A DNA stretch of 64,000 nucleotides, taken from the NCBI GenBank assembly GCA_964016885.1, contig OZ024743.1:100006001-100070000 (forward strand). Reading direction: 5' to 3'. Positions within the stretch are counted from its first letter, which is position 1. Every line of letters starts with the position of its first letter. Positions 51,901-64,000 of this stretch are shown here, piece by piece. The position numbers and the translations under genes are program-made. Source of the DNA: Eledone cirrhosa. Its lineage: Eukaryota. The notes beneath the pieces are model-generated. The model did no database searches, was not told the DNA's origin, and saw only the letters and a program-made list of their open reading frames with translations.

Positions 51901-54900
51901 CTACCTGTCTATCTACCTGTCAGTCTACCTGTCAGTCTACCTGTCAGTCTACCTGTCAGTCTACCTGTCAGTCTACCTGTCAGTCTACCTGTCAGTCTAC
52001 CTGTCAGTCTACCTGTCAGTCTACCTGTCAGTCTACCTGTCAGTCTACCTGTCAGTCTACCTGTCAGTCTACCTGTCAGTCTATCTGTCAGTCTAACTGT
52101 CTATCTACCTGTCAGTCTATCTGTCAGTCTACCTGTCAGTCTACCTGTCAGTCTACCTGTCAGTCTACCTGTCAGTCTACCTGTCTATCTACCTGTCAGT
52201 CTACCTGTCAGTCTACCTGTCAGTCTACCTGTCTATCTACCTGTCAGTCTATCTGTCAGTCTACCTGTCAGTCTACCTGTCAGTCTACCTGTCTATCTAC
52301 CTGTCAGTCTACCTGTCAGTCTACCTGTCAGTCTACCTATCTATCTACCTGTCAGTCTATCTGTCAGTCTACCTGTCAGTCTACCTGTCTATCTACCTGT
52401 CAGTCTACCTGTCAGTCTATCTGTCAGTCTACCTGTCAGTCTACCTGTCAGTCTACCTGTCAGTCTACCTGTCAGTCTACCTGTCAGTCTACCTGTCAGT
52501 CTACCTGTCAGTCTACCTGTCAGTCTACCTGTCAGTCTACCTGTCAGTCTAACTGTCTATCTACCTGTCAGTCTACCTGTCAGTCTACCTGTCAGTCTAC
52601 CTGTCAGTCTACCTGTCAGTCTACCTGTCAGTCTACCTGTCAGTCTACCTGTCTATCTACCTGTCAGTCTACCTGTCAGTCTACCTGTCAGTCTACCTAT
52701 CTATCTACCTGTCAGTCTATCTGTCAGTCTACCTGTCAGTCTACCTGTCTATCTACCTGTCAGTCTACCTGTCAGTCTATCTGTCAGTCTACCTGTCAGT
52801 CTACCTGTCAGTCTACCTGTCAGTCTACCTGTCAGTCTACCTGTCAGTCTACCTGTCAGTCTACCTGTCAGTCTACCTGTCAGTCTACCTGTCAGTCTAC
52901 CTGTCAGTCTACCTGTCAGTCTACCTGTCAGTCTACCTGTCAGTCTAACTGTCTATCTACCTGTCAGTCTACCTGTCAGTCTACCTGTCAGTCTACCTGT
53001 CAGTCTACCTGTCAGTCTACCTGTCAGTCTACCTGTCAGTCTACCTGTCAGTCTACCTGTCAGTCTACCTGTCAGTCTACCTGTCAGTCTAACTGTCTAT
53101 CTACCTGTCAGTCTACCTGTCAGTCTAACCGTCAGTCTACCTGTCAGTCTACCTGTCAGTCTATCTGTCAGTCTACCTGTCAGTCTACCTGTCAGTCTAC
53201 CTGTCAGTCTACCTGTCAGTCTACCTGTCAGTCTACCTGTTAGTCTACCTGTCAGTCTACCTGTCAGTCTACCTGTCAGTCTACCTGTCTATCTACCTGT
53301 CTATCTACCTGTCAGTCTACCTGTCAGTCTACCTGTCAGTCTAGCTGTCAGTCTACCTGTCAGTCTACCTGTCAGTCTACCTGTCAGTCTAACTGTCTAT
53401 CTACCTGTCAGTCTACCAGTCAGTCTACCTGTCAGTCTACCTGTCAGTCTACCTGTCAGTCTACCTGTCTATCTACCTGTCAGTCTACCTGTCTATCTAC
53501 CTGTCAGTCTACCTGTCTATCTACCTGTCAGTCTACCTGTCTATCTACCTGTCAGTCTACCTGTCAGTCTAACTGTCTATCTACCTGTCAGTCTACCTGT
53601 CAGTCTAACTGTCTATCTACCTGTCAGTCTACCTGTCAGTCTACCTGTCAGGTCTAACTGTCTATCTACCTGTCAGTCTACCTGTCAGTCTAACTGTCAG
53701 TCTACCTGTCAGTCTACCTGTCAGTCTACCTGTCAGTCTACCTGTCAGTCTACCTGTCAGTCTATCTGTCAGTCTACCTGTCTATCTACCTGTCAGTCTA
53801 CCTGTCAGTCTAACTGTCAGTCTACCTGTCAGTCTACCTGTCAGTCTATCTGTCAGTCTACCTGTCAGTCTACCTGTCAGTCTACCTGTCAGTCTACCTG
53901 TCAGTCTACCTGTCAGTCTATCTGTCAGTCTACCTGTCAGTCTACCTGTCAGTCTACCTGTCTATCTACCTGTCAGTCTACCTGTCAGTCTATCTGTCAG
54001 TCTAACTGTCTATCTACCTGTCAGTCTACCTGTCAGTCTACCTGTCAGTCTACCTGTCAGTCTACCTGTCAGTCTACCTGTCAGTCTACCTGTCAGTCTA
54101 CCTGTCAGTCTACCTGTCAGTCTACCTGTCTATCTACCTGTCAGTCTACCTGTCAGTCTACCTGTCAGTCTACCTGTCAGTCTATCTGTCAGTCTAACTG
54201 TCTATCTACCTGTCAGTCTACCTGTCAGTCTACCTGTCAGTCTACCTGTCTATCTACCTGTCAGTCTACCTGTCAGTCTACCTGTCAGTCTACCTGTCAG
54301 TCTACCTGTCAGTCTAGCTGTCAGTCTATCTGTCTATCTACCTGTCAGTCTACCTGTCAGTCTATCTGTCAGTCTAACTGTCTATCTACCTGTCAGTCTA
54401 CCTGTCAGTCTACCTGTCTATCTACCTGTCGGTCTACCTGTCAGTCTATCTGTCAGTCTAACTGTCTATCTACCTGTCAGTCTACCTGTCAGTCTACCTG
54501 TCAGTCTACCTGTCAGTCTACCTGTCAGTCTACCTGTCAGTCTACCTGTCAGTCTACCTGTCTATCTACCTGTCAGTCTACCTGTCAGTCTACCTGTCAG
54601 TCTACCTGTCAGTCTACCTGTCTATCTACCTGTCAGTCTACCTGTCAGTCTACCTGTCAGTCTACCTGTCAGTCTATCTGTCAGTCTACCTGTCAGTCTA
54701 CCTGTCAGTCTACCTGTCAGTCTACCTGTCAGTCTACCTGTCTATCTACCTGTCAGTCTACCTGTCAGTCTACCTGTCTATCTACCTGTCAGTCTACCTG
54801 TCAGTCTACCTGTCTATCTACCTGTCAGTCTACCTGTCAGTCTATCTGTCAGTCTAACTGTCTATCTACCTGTCAGTCTACCTGTCAGTCTACCTGTCAG

Positions 54901-55136
54901 TCTACCTGTCAGTCTACCTGTCAGTCTACCTGTCAGTCTACCTGTCAGTCTACCTGTCAGTCTACCTGTCTATCTACCTGTCAGTCTACCTGTCAGTCTA
55001 CCTGTCTATCTACCTGTCAGTCTACCTGTCAGTCTACCTGTCTATCTACCTGTCAGTCTACCTGTCAGTCTATCTGTCAGTCTAACTGTCTATCTACCTG
55101 TCAGTCTACCTGTCAGTCTACCTGTCAGTCTACCTG
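45995..55136 (-). repeat. same satellite in reverse orientation; left arm of palindrome
   Basis: (TACCTGTCAGTC)n, mirroring 55138-64000. Confidence 0.98.
46571..46752 (-). other. unique 182-bp island in the satellite (mirror of 63531-63712)
   Basis: Reverse complement of 63531-63712. Confidence 0.95.
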
Positions 55137-58100
55137 ACAGGTAGACTGACAGGTAGACTGACAGGTAGACTGACAGGTAGACTGACAGGTAGATAGACAG
55201 TTAGACTGACAGATAGACTGACAGGTAGACTGACAGGTAGATAGACAGGTAGACTGACAGGTAGACTGACAGGTAGATAGACAGGTAGACTGACAGGTAG
55301 ACTGACAGGTAGATAGACAGGTAGACTGACAGGTAGACTGACAGGTAGACTGACAGGTAGACTGACAGGTAGACTGACAGGTAGACTGACAGGTAGACTG
55401 ACAGGTAGACTGACAGGTAGATAGACAGTTAGACTGACAGATAGACTGACAGGTAGACTGACAGGTAGATAGACAGGTAGACTGACAGGTAGACTGACAG
55501 GTAGATAGACAGGTAGACTGACAGGTAGACTGACAGGTAGATAGACAGGTAGACTGACAGGTAGACTGACAGGTAGACTGACAGGTAGACTGACAGGTAG
55601 ACTGACAGATAGACTGACAGGTAGACTGACAGGTAGACTGACAGGTAGACTGACAGGTAGATAGACAGGTAGACTGACAGGTAGACTGACAGGTAGACTG
55701 ACAGGTAGACTGACAGGTAGATAGACAGGTAGACTGACAGGTAGACTGACAGGTAGACTGACAGGTAGACTGACAGGTAGACTGACAGGTAGACTGACAG
55801 GTAGACTGACAGGTAGATAGACAGTTAGACTGACAGATAGACTGACAGGTAGACCGACAGGTAGATAGACAGGTAGACTGACAGGTAGACTGACAGGTAG
55901 ATAGACAGTTAGACTGACAGATAGACTGACAGGTAGACTGACAGGTAGATAGACAGATAGACTGACAGCTAGACTGACAGGTAGACTGACAGGTAGACTG
56001 ACAGGTAGACTGACAGGTAGACTGACAGGTAGATAGACAGGTAGACTGACAGGTAGACTGACAGGTAGACTGACAGGTAGATAGACAGTTAGACTGACAG
56101 ATAGACTGACAGGTAGACTGACAGGTAGACTGACAGGTAGACTGACAGGTAGATAGACAGGTAGACTGACAGGTAGACTGACAGGTAGACTGACAGGTAG
56201 ACTGACAGGTAGACTGACAGGTAGACTGACAGGTAGACTGACAGGTAGACTGACAGGTAGACTGACAGGTAGATAGACAGTTAGACTGACAGATAGACTG
56301 ACAGGTAGACTGACAGGTAGATAGACAGGTAGACTGACAGGTAGACTGACAGGTAGACTGACAGATAGACTGACAGGTAGACTGACAGGTAGACTGACAG
56401 GTAGACTGACAGGTAGACTGACAGGTAGACTGACAGATAGACTGACAGGTAGACTGACAGGTAGACTGACAGTTAGACTGACAGGTAGACTGACAGGTAG
56501 ATAGACAGGTAGACTGACAGATAGACTGACAGGTAGACTGACAGGTAGACTGACAGGTAGACTGACAGGTAGACTGACAGGTAGACTGACAGTTAGACTG
56601 ACAGGTAGACTGACAGGTAGATAGACAGTTAGACTGACAGGTAGACTGACAGGTAGACTGACAGGTAGATAGACAGTTAGACTGACAGGTAGACTGACAG
56701 GTAGATAGACAGTTAGACTGACAGGTAGACTGACAGGTAGATAGACAGGTAGACTGACAGGTAGATAGACAGGTAGACTGACAGGTAGATAGACAGGTAG
56801 ACTGACAGGTAGATAGACAGGTAGACTGACAGGTAGACTGACAGGTAGACTGACAGGTAGACTGACTGGTAGACTGACAGGTAGATAGACAGTTAGACTG
56901 ACAGGTAGACTGACAGGTAGACTGACAGGTAGACTGACAGCTAGACTGACAGGTAGACTGACAGGTAGACTGACAGGTAGATAGACAGGTAGATAGACAG
57001 GTAGACTGACAGGTAGACTGACAGGTAGACTGACAGGTAGACTAACAGGTAGACTGACAGGTAGACTGACAGGTAGACTGACAGGTAGACTGACAGGTAG
57101 ACTGACAGGTAGACTGACAGATAGACTGACAGGTAGACTGACAGGTAGACTGACGGTTAGACTGACAGGTAGACTGACAGGTAGATAGACAGTTAGACTG
57201 ACAGGTAGACTGACAGGTAGACTGACAGGTAGACTGACAGGTAGACTGACAGGTAGACTGACAGGTAGACTGACAGGTAGACTGACAGGTAGACTGACAG
57301 GTAGACTGACAGGTAGACTGACAGGTAGATAGACAGTTAGACTGACAGGTAGACTGACAGGTAGACTGACAGGTAGACTGACAGGTAGACTGACAGGTAG
57401 ACTGACAGGTAGACTGACAGGTAGACTGACAGGTAGACTGACAGGTAGACTGACAGGTAGACTGACAGGTAGACTGACAGGTAGACTGACAGGTAGACTG
57501 ACAGATAGACTGACAGGTAGACTGACAGGTAGATAGACAGGTAGACTGACAGGTAGACTGACAGATAGACTGACAGGTAGATAGATAGGTAGACTGACAG
57601 GTAGACTGACAGGTAGACTGACAGGTAGATAGACAGGTAGACTGACAGGTAGACTGACAGGTAGACTGACAGGTAGACTGACAGGTAGACTGACAGGTAG
57701 ACTGACAGGTAGACTGACAGGTAGATAGACAGTTAGACTGACAGGTAGACTGACAGGTAGACTGACAGGTAGACTGACAGGTAGACTGACAGGTAGACTG
57801 ACAGGTAGACTGACAGGTAGACTGACAGGTAGACTGACAGGTAGACTGACAGGTAGACTGACAGATAGACTGACAGGTAGACTGACAGGTAGATAGACAG
57901 GTAGACTGACAGGTAGACTGACAGATAGACTGACAGGTAGATAGATAGGTAGACTGACAGGTAGACTGACAGGTAGACTGACAGGTAGATAGACAGGTAG
58001 ACTGACAGGTAGACTGACAGGTAGACTGACAGATAGACTGACAGGTAGATAGACAGGTAGACTGACAGGTAGACTGACAGGTAGACTGACAGGTAGATAG

Positions 58101-61100
58101 ACAGGTAGACTGACAGGTAGACTGACAGGTAGACTGACAGGTAGACTGACAGGTAGACTGACAGATAGACTGACAGGTAGATAGACAGTTAGACTGACAG
58201 ATAGACTGACAGGTAGACTGACAGGTAGACTGACAGGTAGACTGACAGGTAGACTGACAGGTAGACTGACAGGTAGACTGACAGGTAGACTGACAGGTAG
58301 ACTGACAGGTAGACTGACAGGTAGACTGACAGGTAGACTGACAGGTAGACTGACAGGTAGACTGACAGGTAGATAGACAGGTAGACTGACAGGTAGACTG
58401 ACAGGTAGACTGACAGGTAGACTGACAGGTAGATAGACAGGTAGACTGACAGGTAGACTGACAGGTAGACTTACAGGTAGACTGACAGGTAGACTGACAG
58501 GTAGACTGACAGGTAGACTGACAGGTAGATAGACAGGTAGACTGACAGGTAGACTGACAGGTAGACTGACAGGTAGACTGACAGGTAGACTGACAGGTAG
58601 ACTGACAGGTAGATAGACAGTTAGACTGACAGGTAGACTGACAGGTAGACTGACAGGTAGATAGACAGGTAGACTGACAGGTAGACTGACAGGTAGACTG
58701 ACAGGTAGACTGACAGGTAGACTGACAGGTAGACTGACAGGTAGATAGACAGTTAGACTGACAGATAGACTGACAGGTAGACTGACAGGTAGATAGACAG
58801 GTAGACTGACAGGTAGACTGACAGGTAGATAGACAGGTAGACTGACAGGTAGACTGACAGGTAGATAGACAGGTAGACTGACAGGTAGACTGACAGGTAG
58901 ATAGACAGGTAGACTGACAGGTAGACTGACAGGTAGACTGACAGGTAGACTGACAGGTAGACTGACAGATAGACTGACAGGTAGACTGACAGGTAGACTG
59001 ACAGGTAGACTGACAGGTAGATAGACAGGTAGACTGACAGGTAGACTGACAGGTAGACTGACAGGTAGACTGACAGGTAGACTGACAGGTAGACTGACAG
59101 GTAGACAGACAGGTAGACTGACAGGTAGACTGACAGATTGATAGACAGTTAGACTGACAGATAGACTGACAGGTAGACCGACAGGTAGATAGACAGGTAG
59201 ACTGACAGGTAGACTGACAGGTAGATAGACAGTTAGACTGACAGATAGACTGACAGGTAGACTGACAGGTAGATAGACAGATAGACTGACAGCTAGACTG
59301 ACAGGTAGACTGACAGGTAGACTGACAGGTAGACTGACAGGTAGACTGACAGGTAGATAGACAGGTAGACTGACAGGTAGACTGACAGGTAGACTGACAG
59401 GTAGATAGACAGTTAGACTGACAGATAGACTGACAGGTAGACTGACAGGTAGACTGACAGGTAGACTGACAGGTAGATAGACAGGTAGACTGACAGGTAG
59501 ACTGACAGGTAGACTGACAGGTAGACTGACAGGTAGACTGACAGGTAGACTGACAGGTAGACTGACAGGTAGACTGACAGGTAGACTGACAGGTAGATAG
59601 ACAGTTAGACTGACAGATAGACTGACAGGTAGACTGACAGGTAGATAGACAGGTAGACTGACAGGTAGACTGACAGGTAGACTGACAGATAGACTGACAG
59701 GTAGACTGACAGGTAGACTGACAGGTAGACTGACAGGTAGACTGACAGGTAGACTGACAGATAGACTGACAGGTAGACTGACAGGTAGACTGACAGTTAG
59801 ACTGACAGGTAGACTGACAGGTAGATAGACAGGTAGACTGACAGATAGACTGACAGGTAGACTGACAGGTAGACTGACAGGTAGACTGACAGGTAGACTG
59901 ACAGGTAGACTGACAGTTAGACTGACAGGTAGACTGACAGGTAGATAGACAGTTAGACTGACAGGTAGACTGACAGGTAGACTGACAGGTAGATAGACAG
60001 TTAGACTGACAGGTAGACTGACAGGTAGATAGACAGTTAGACTGACAGGTAGACTGACAGGTAGATAGACAGGTAGACTGACAGGTAGATAGACAGGTAG
60101 ACTGACAGGTAGATAGACAGGTAGACTGACAGGTAGATAGACAGGTAGACTGACAGGTAGACTGACAGGTAGACTGACAGGTAGACTGACTGGTAGACTG
60201 ACAGGTAGATAGACAGTTAGACTGACAGGTAGACTGACAGGTAGACTGACAGGTAGACTGACAGGTAGACTGACAGGTAGACGACAGGTAGACTGACAGG
60301 TAGATAGACAGGTAGATAGACAGGTAGACTGACAGGTAGACTGACAGGTAGACTGACAGGTAGACTGACAGGTAGACTGACAGGTAGACTGACAGGTAGA
60401 CTGACAGGTAGACTGACAGGTAGACTGACAGATAGACTGACAGGTAGACTGACAGGTAGACTGACGGTTAGACTGACAGGTAGACTGACAGGTAGATAGA
60501 CAGTTAGACTGACAGGTAGACTGACAGGTAGACTGACAGGTAGACTGACAGGTAGACTGACAGGTAGACTGACAGGTAGACTGACAGGTAGACTGACAGG
60601 TAGACTGACAGGTAGACTGACAGGTAGACTGACAGGTAGATAGACAGTTAGACTGACAGGTAGACTGACAGGTAGACTGACAGGTAGACTGACAGGTAGA
60701 CTGACAGGTAGACTGACAGGTAGACTGACAGGTAGACTGACAGGTAGACTGACAGGTAGACTGACAGGTAGACTGACAGGTAGACTGACAGGTAGACTGA
60801 CAGATAGACTGACAGGTAGACTGACAGGTAGATAGACAGGTAGACTGACAGGTAGACTGACAGATAGACTGACAGGTAGATAGATAGGTAGACTGACAGG
60901 TAGACTGACAGGTAGACTGACAGGTAGATAGACAGGTAGACTGACAGGTAGACTGACAGGTAGACTGACAGGTAGACTGACAGGTAGACTGACAGGTAGA
61001 CTGACAGGTAGACTGACAGGTAGATAGACAGTTAGACTGACAGGTAGACTGACAGGTAGACTGACAGGTAGACTGACAGGTAGACTGACAGGTAGACTGA

Positions 61101-63530
61101 CAGGTAGACTGACAGGTTGACTGACAGGTAGACTGACAGGTAGACTGACAGGTAGACTGACAGATAGACTGACAGGTAGACTGACAGGTAGATAGACAGG
61201 TAGACTGACAGGTAGACTGACAGATAGACTGACAGGTAGATAGATAGGTAGACTGACAGGTAGACTGACAGGTAGACTGACAGGTAGATAGACAGGTAGA
61301 CTGACAGGTAGACTGACAGGTAGACTGACAGATAGACTGACAGGTAGATAGACAGGTAGACTGACAGGTAGACTGACAGGTAGACTGACAGGTAGATAGA
61401 CAGGTAGACTGACAGATAGACTGACAGGTAGACTGACAGGTAGACTGACAGGTAGACTGACAGGTAGACTGACAGGTAGATAGACAGGTAGACTGACAGG
61501 TAGACTGACAGGTAGACTGACAGGTAGACTGACAGGTAGACTGACAGATAGACTGACAGGTAGATAGACAGTTAGACTGACAGATAGACTGACAGGTAGA
61601 CTGACAGGTAGACTGACAGGTAGACTGACAGGTAGACTGACAGGTAGACTGACAGGTAGACTGACAGGTAGACTGACAGGTAGACTGACAGGTAGACTGA
61701 CAGGTAGACTGACAGGTAGACTGACAGGTAGATAGACAGGTAGACTGACAGGTAGACTGACAGGTAGACTGACAGGTAGACTGACAGGTAGATAGACAGG
61801 TAGACTGACAGGTAGACTGACAGGTAGACTTACAGGTAGACTGACAGGTAGACTGACAGGTAGACTGACAGGTAGACTGACAGGTAGATAGACAGGTAGA
61901 CTGACAGGTAGACTGACAGGTAGACTGACAGGTAGACTGACAGGTAGACTGACAGGTAGACTGACAGGTAGATAGACAGTTAGACTGACAGGTAGACTGA
62001 CAGGTAGACTGACAGGTAGATAGACAGGTAGACTGACAGGTAGACTGACAGGTAGACTGACAGGTAGACTGACAGGTAGACTGACAGGTAGACTGACAGG
62101 TAGACTGACAGGTAGATAGACAGTTAGACTGACAGATAGACTGACAGGTAGACTGACAGGTAGATAGACAGGTAGACTGACAGGTAGACTGACAGGTAGA
62201 TAGACAGGTAGACTGACAGGTAGACTGACAGGTAGATAGACAGGTAGACTGACAGGTAGACTGACAGGTAGACTGACAGGTAGACTGACAGGTAGACTGA
62301 CAGATAGACTGACAGGTAGACTGACAGGTAGACTGACAGGTAGACTGACAGGTAGATAGACAGGTAGACTGACAGGTAGACTGACAGGTAGACTGACAGG
62401 TAGACTGACAGGTAGACTGACAGGTAGATAGACAGGTAGACTGACAGGTAGACTGACAGGTAGACTGACAGGTAGACTGACAGGTAGACTGACAGGTAGA
62501 CTGACAGGTAGACTGACAGGTAGATAGACAGGTAGACTGACAGGTAGACTGACAGGTAGATAGACAGTTAGACTGACAGATAGACTGACAGGTAGACTGA
62601 CAGGTAGATAGACAGATAGACTGACAGGTAGACTGACAGGTAGACTGACAGGTAGACTGACAGGTAGACTGACAGGTAGACTGACAGGTAGACTGACAGG
62701 TAGACTGACAGGTAGACTGTCAGGTAGACTGACAGGTAGACTGACAGGTAGACTGACAGGTAGATAGACAGGTAGACTGACAGATAGACTGACAGGTAGA
62801 CTGACAGGTAGATAGACAGTTAGACTGACAGATAGACTGACAGGTAGACTGACAGGTAGATAGACAGGTAGACTGACAGGTAGACTGACAGGTAGATAGA
62901 CAGGTAGACTGACAGGTAGACTGACAGGTAGACTGACAGGTAGACTGACAGGTAGACTGACAGGTAGACTGACAGATAGACTGACAGGTAGACTGACAGG
63001 TAGACTGACAGGTAGACTGACAGGTAGATAGACAGGTAGACTGACAGGTAGACTGACAGGTAGACTGACAGGTAGACTGACAGGTAGACTGACAGGTAGA
63101 CTAACAGGTAGACTGACAGGTAGACTGACAGGTAGACTGACAGATAGACTGACAGGTAGACTGACAGGTAGACTGACAGGTAGACTGACAGGTAGATAGA
63201 CAGGTAGACTGACAGGTAGACTGACAGGTAGACTGACAGGTAGACTGACAGGTAGATAGACAGGTAGACTGACAGGTAGACTGACAGGTAGACTGACAGG
63301 TAGATAGACAGTTAGACTGACAGATAGACTGACAGGTAGACTGACAGGTAGACTGACAGGTAGACTGACAGGTAGATAGACAGGTAGACTGACAGGTAGA
63401 CTGACAGGTAGACTGACAGGTAGACTGACAGGTAGACTGACAGGTAGACTGACAGGTAGATTGACAGGTAGACTGACAGGTAGACTGACAGGTAGATAGA
63501 CAGTTAGACTGACAGATAGACTGACAGGTA

Positions 63531-63712
63531 TAGAAACATTCTATATACACATCATACCTTTTTATCTCTAAATGTATCTAGACAGTTCATAGGAGGAAGT
63601 TAATTATATAAACAGTGAAGAATATTTATATAAAGATGTAGCTTTCTGTGTGTATATACTTAGTAGTATGTATTAATATATACAGTTATTGCAGCCTCGA
63701 CAGTAAGTGTGT
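63531..63712 (+). other. unique 182-bp AT-rich island; putative residual intron plus micro-exon
   Basis: Begins right after CAG|GTA and ends with GACA|GTAAGT. Confidence 0.85.
63686..63702 (+). CDS. candidate 17-nt micro-exon (or 8 nt from 63695), giving VIAAST in frame with 33499-33562
   Basis: TACAG|TTATTGCAGCCTCGACA|GTAAGT. Consensus donor and compatible phase, but a poor pyrimidine tract. Confidence 0.3.
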
Positions 63713-64000
63713 GTAGACTGACAGGTAGACTGACAGGTAGACTGACAGGTAGACTGACAGGTAGACTGACAGGTAGACTGACAGGTAGACTGACAGTTAG
63801 ACTGACAGGTAGACTGACAGATAGACTGACAGGTAGACTGACAGGTAGACTGACAGGTAGACTGACAGGTAGATAGACAGTTAGACTGACAGATAGACTG
63901 ACAGGGAGACTGACAGGTAGATAGACAGTTAGACTGACAGGTAGACTGACAGGTAGACTGACAGGTAGATAGACAGTTAGACTGACAGGTAGACTGACAG

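Larger units (their letters stand above)
55138..64000 (+). repeat. satellite in forward orientation; right arm of palindrome, runs off the window
   Basis: Orientation flips at TACCTG-A-CAGGTA (centre 55137). Confidence 0.98.

Noticed and set aside
33554-64000. CRISPR-like or telomeric array
   Set aside because: No unique spacers or cas genes. The unit is not TTAGGG-like, and the context is eukaryotic and interstitial.

Overview
AT-rich eukaryotic genomic DNA. The repeat content ((AT)n/(CAT)n microsatellites, RTE and CR1-group LINEs, tRNA-derived SINEs) resembles an octopod cephalopod genome, which is an inference from recall. Bases 1-33.5 kb are a mosaic of decayed transposons: RTE LINEs with a PHD-like finger, two CR1-group LINEs, a DD37D (maT) element, a hAT-type element, a Helitron, TTAA MITEs, SINEs, and Penelope-like pieces carrying minimal hammerhead-ribozyme motifs. 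A few candidate + strand exons lie among them. Bases 33.55-64 kb are a 12-bp satellite (GACTGACAGGTA)n with a 200-N gap, kb-scale higher-order repeats and a ~9-kb-arm palindrome centred on base 55137 that may be an assembly fold-back. The most striking observation is that the satellite unit is exactly the 12 bp spanning a candidate 5' splice site (9 exon nt + GTA). Collapsing the array restores an ordinary exon, a short intron and an in-frame micro-exon. No complete host protein-coding gene can be called.
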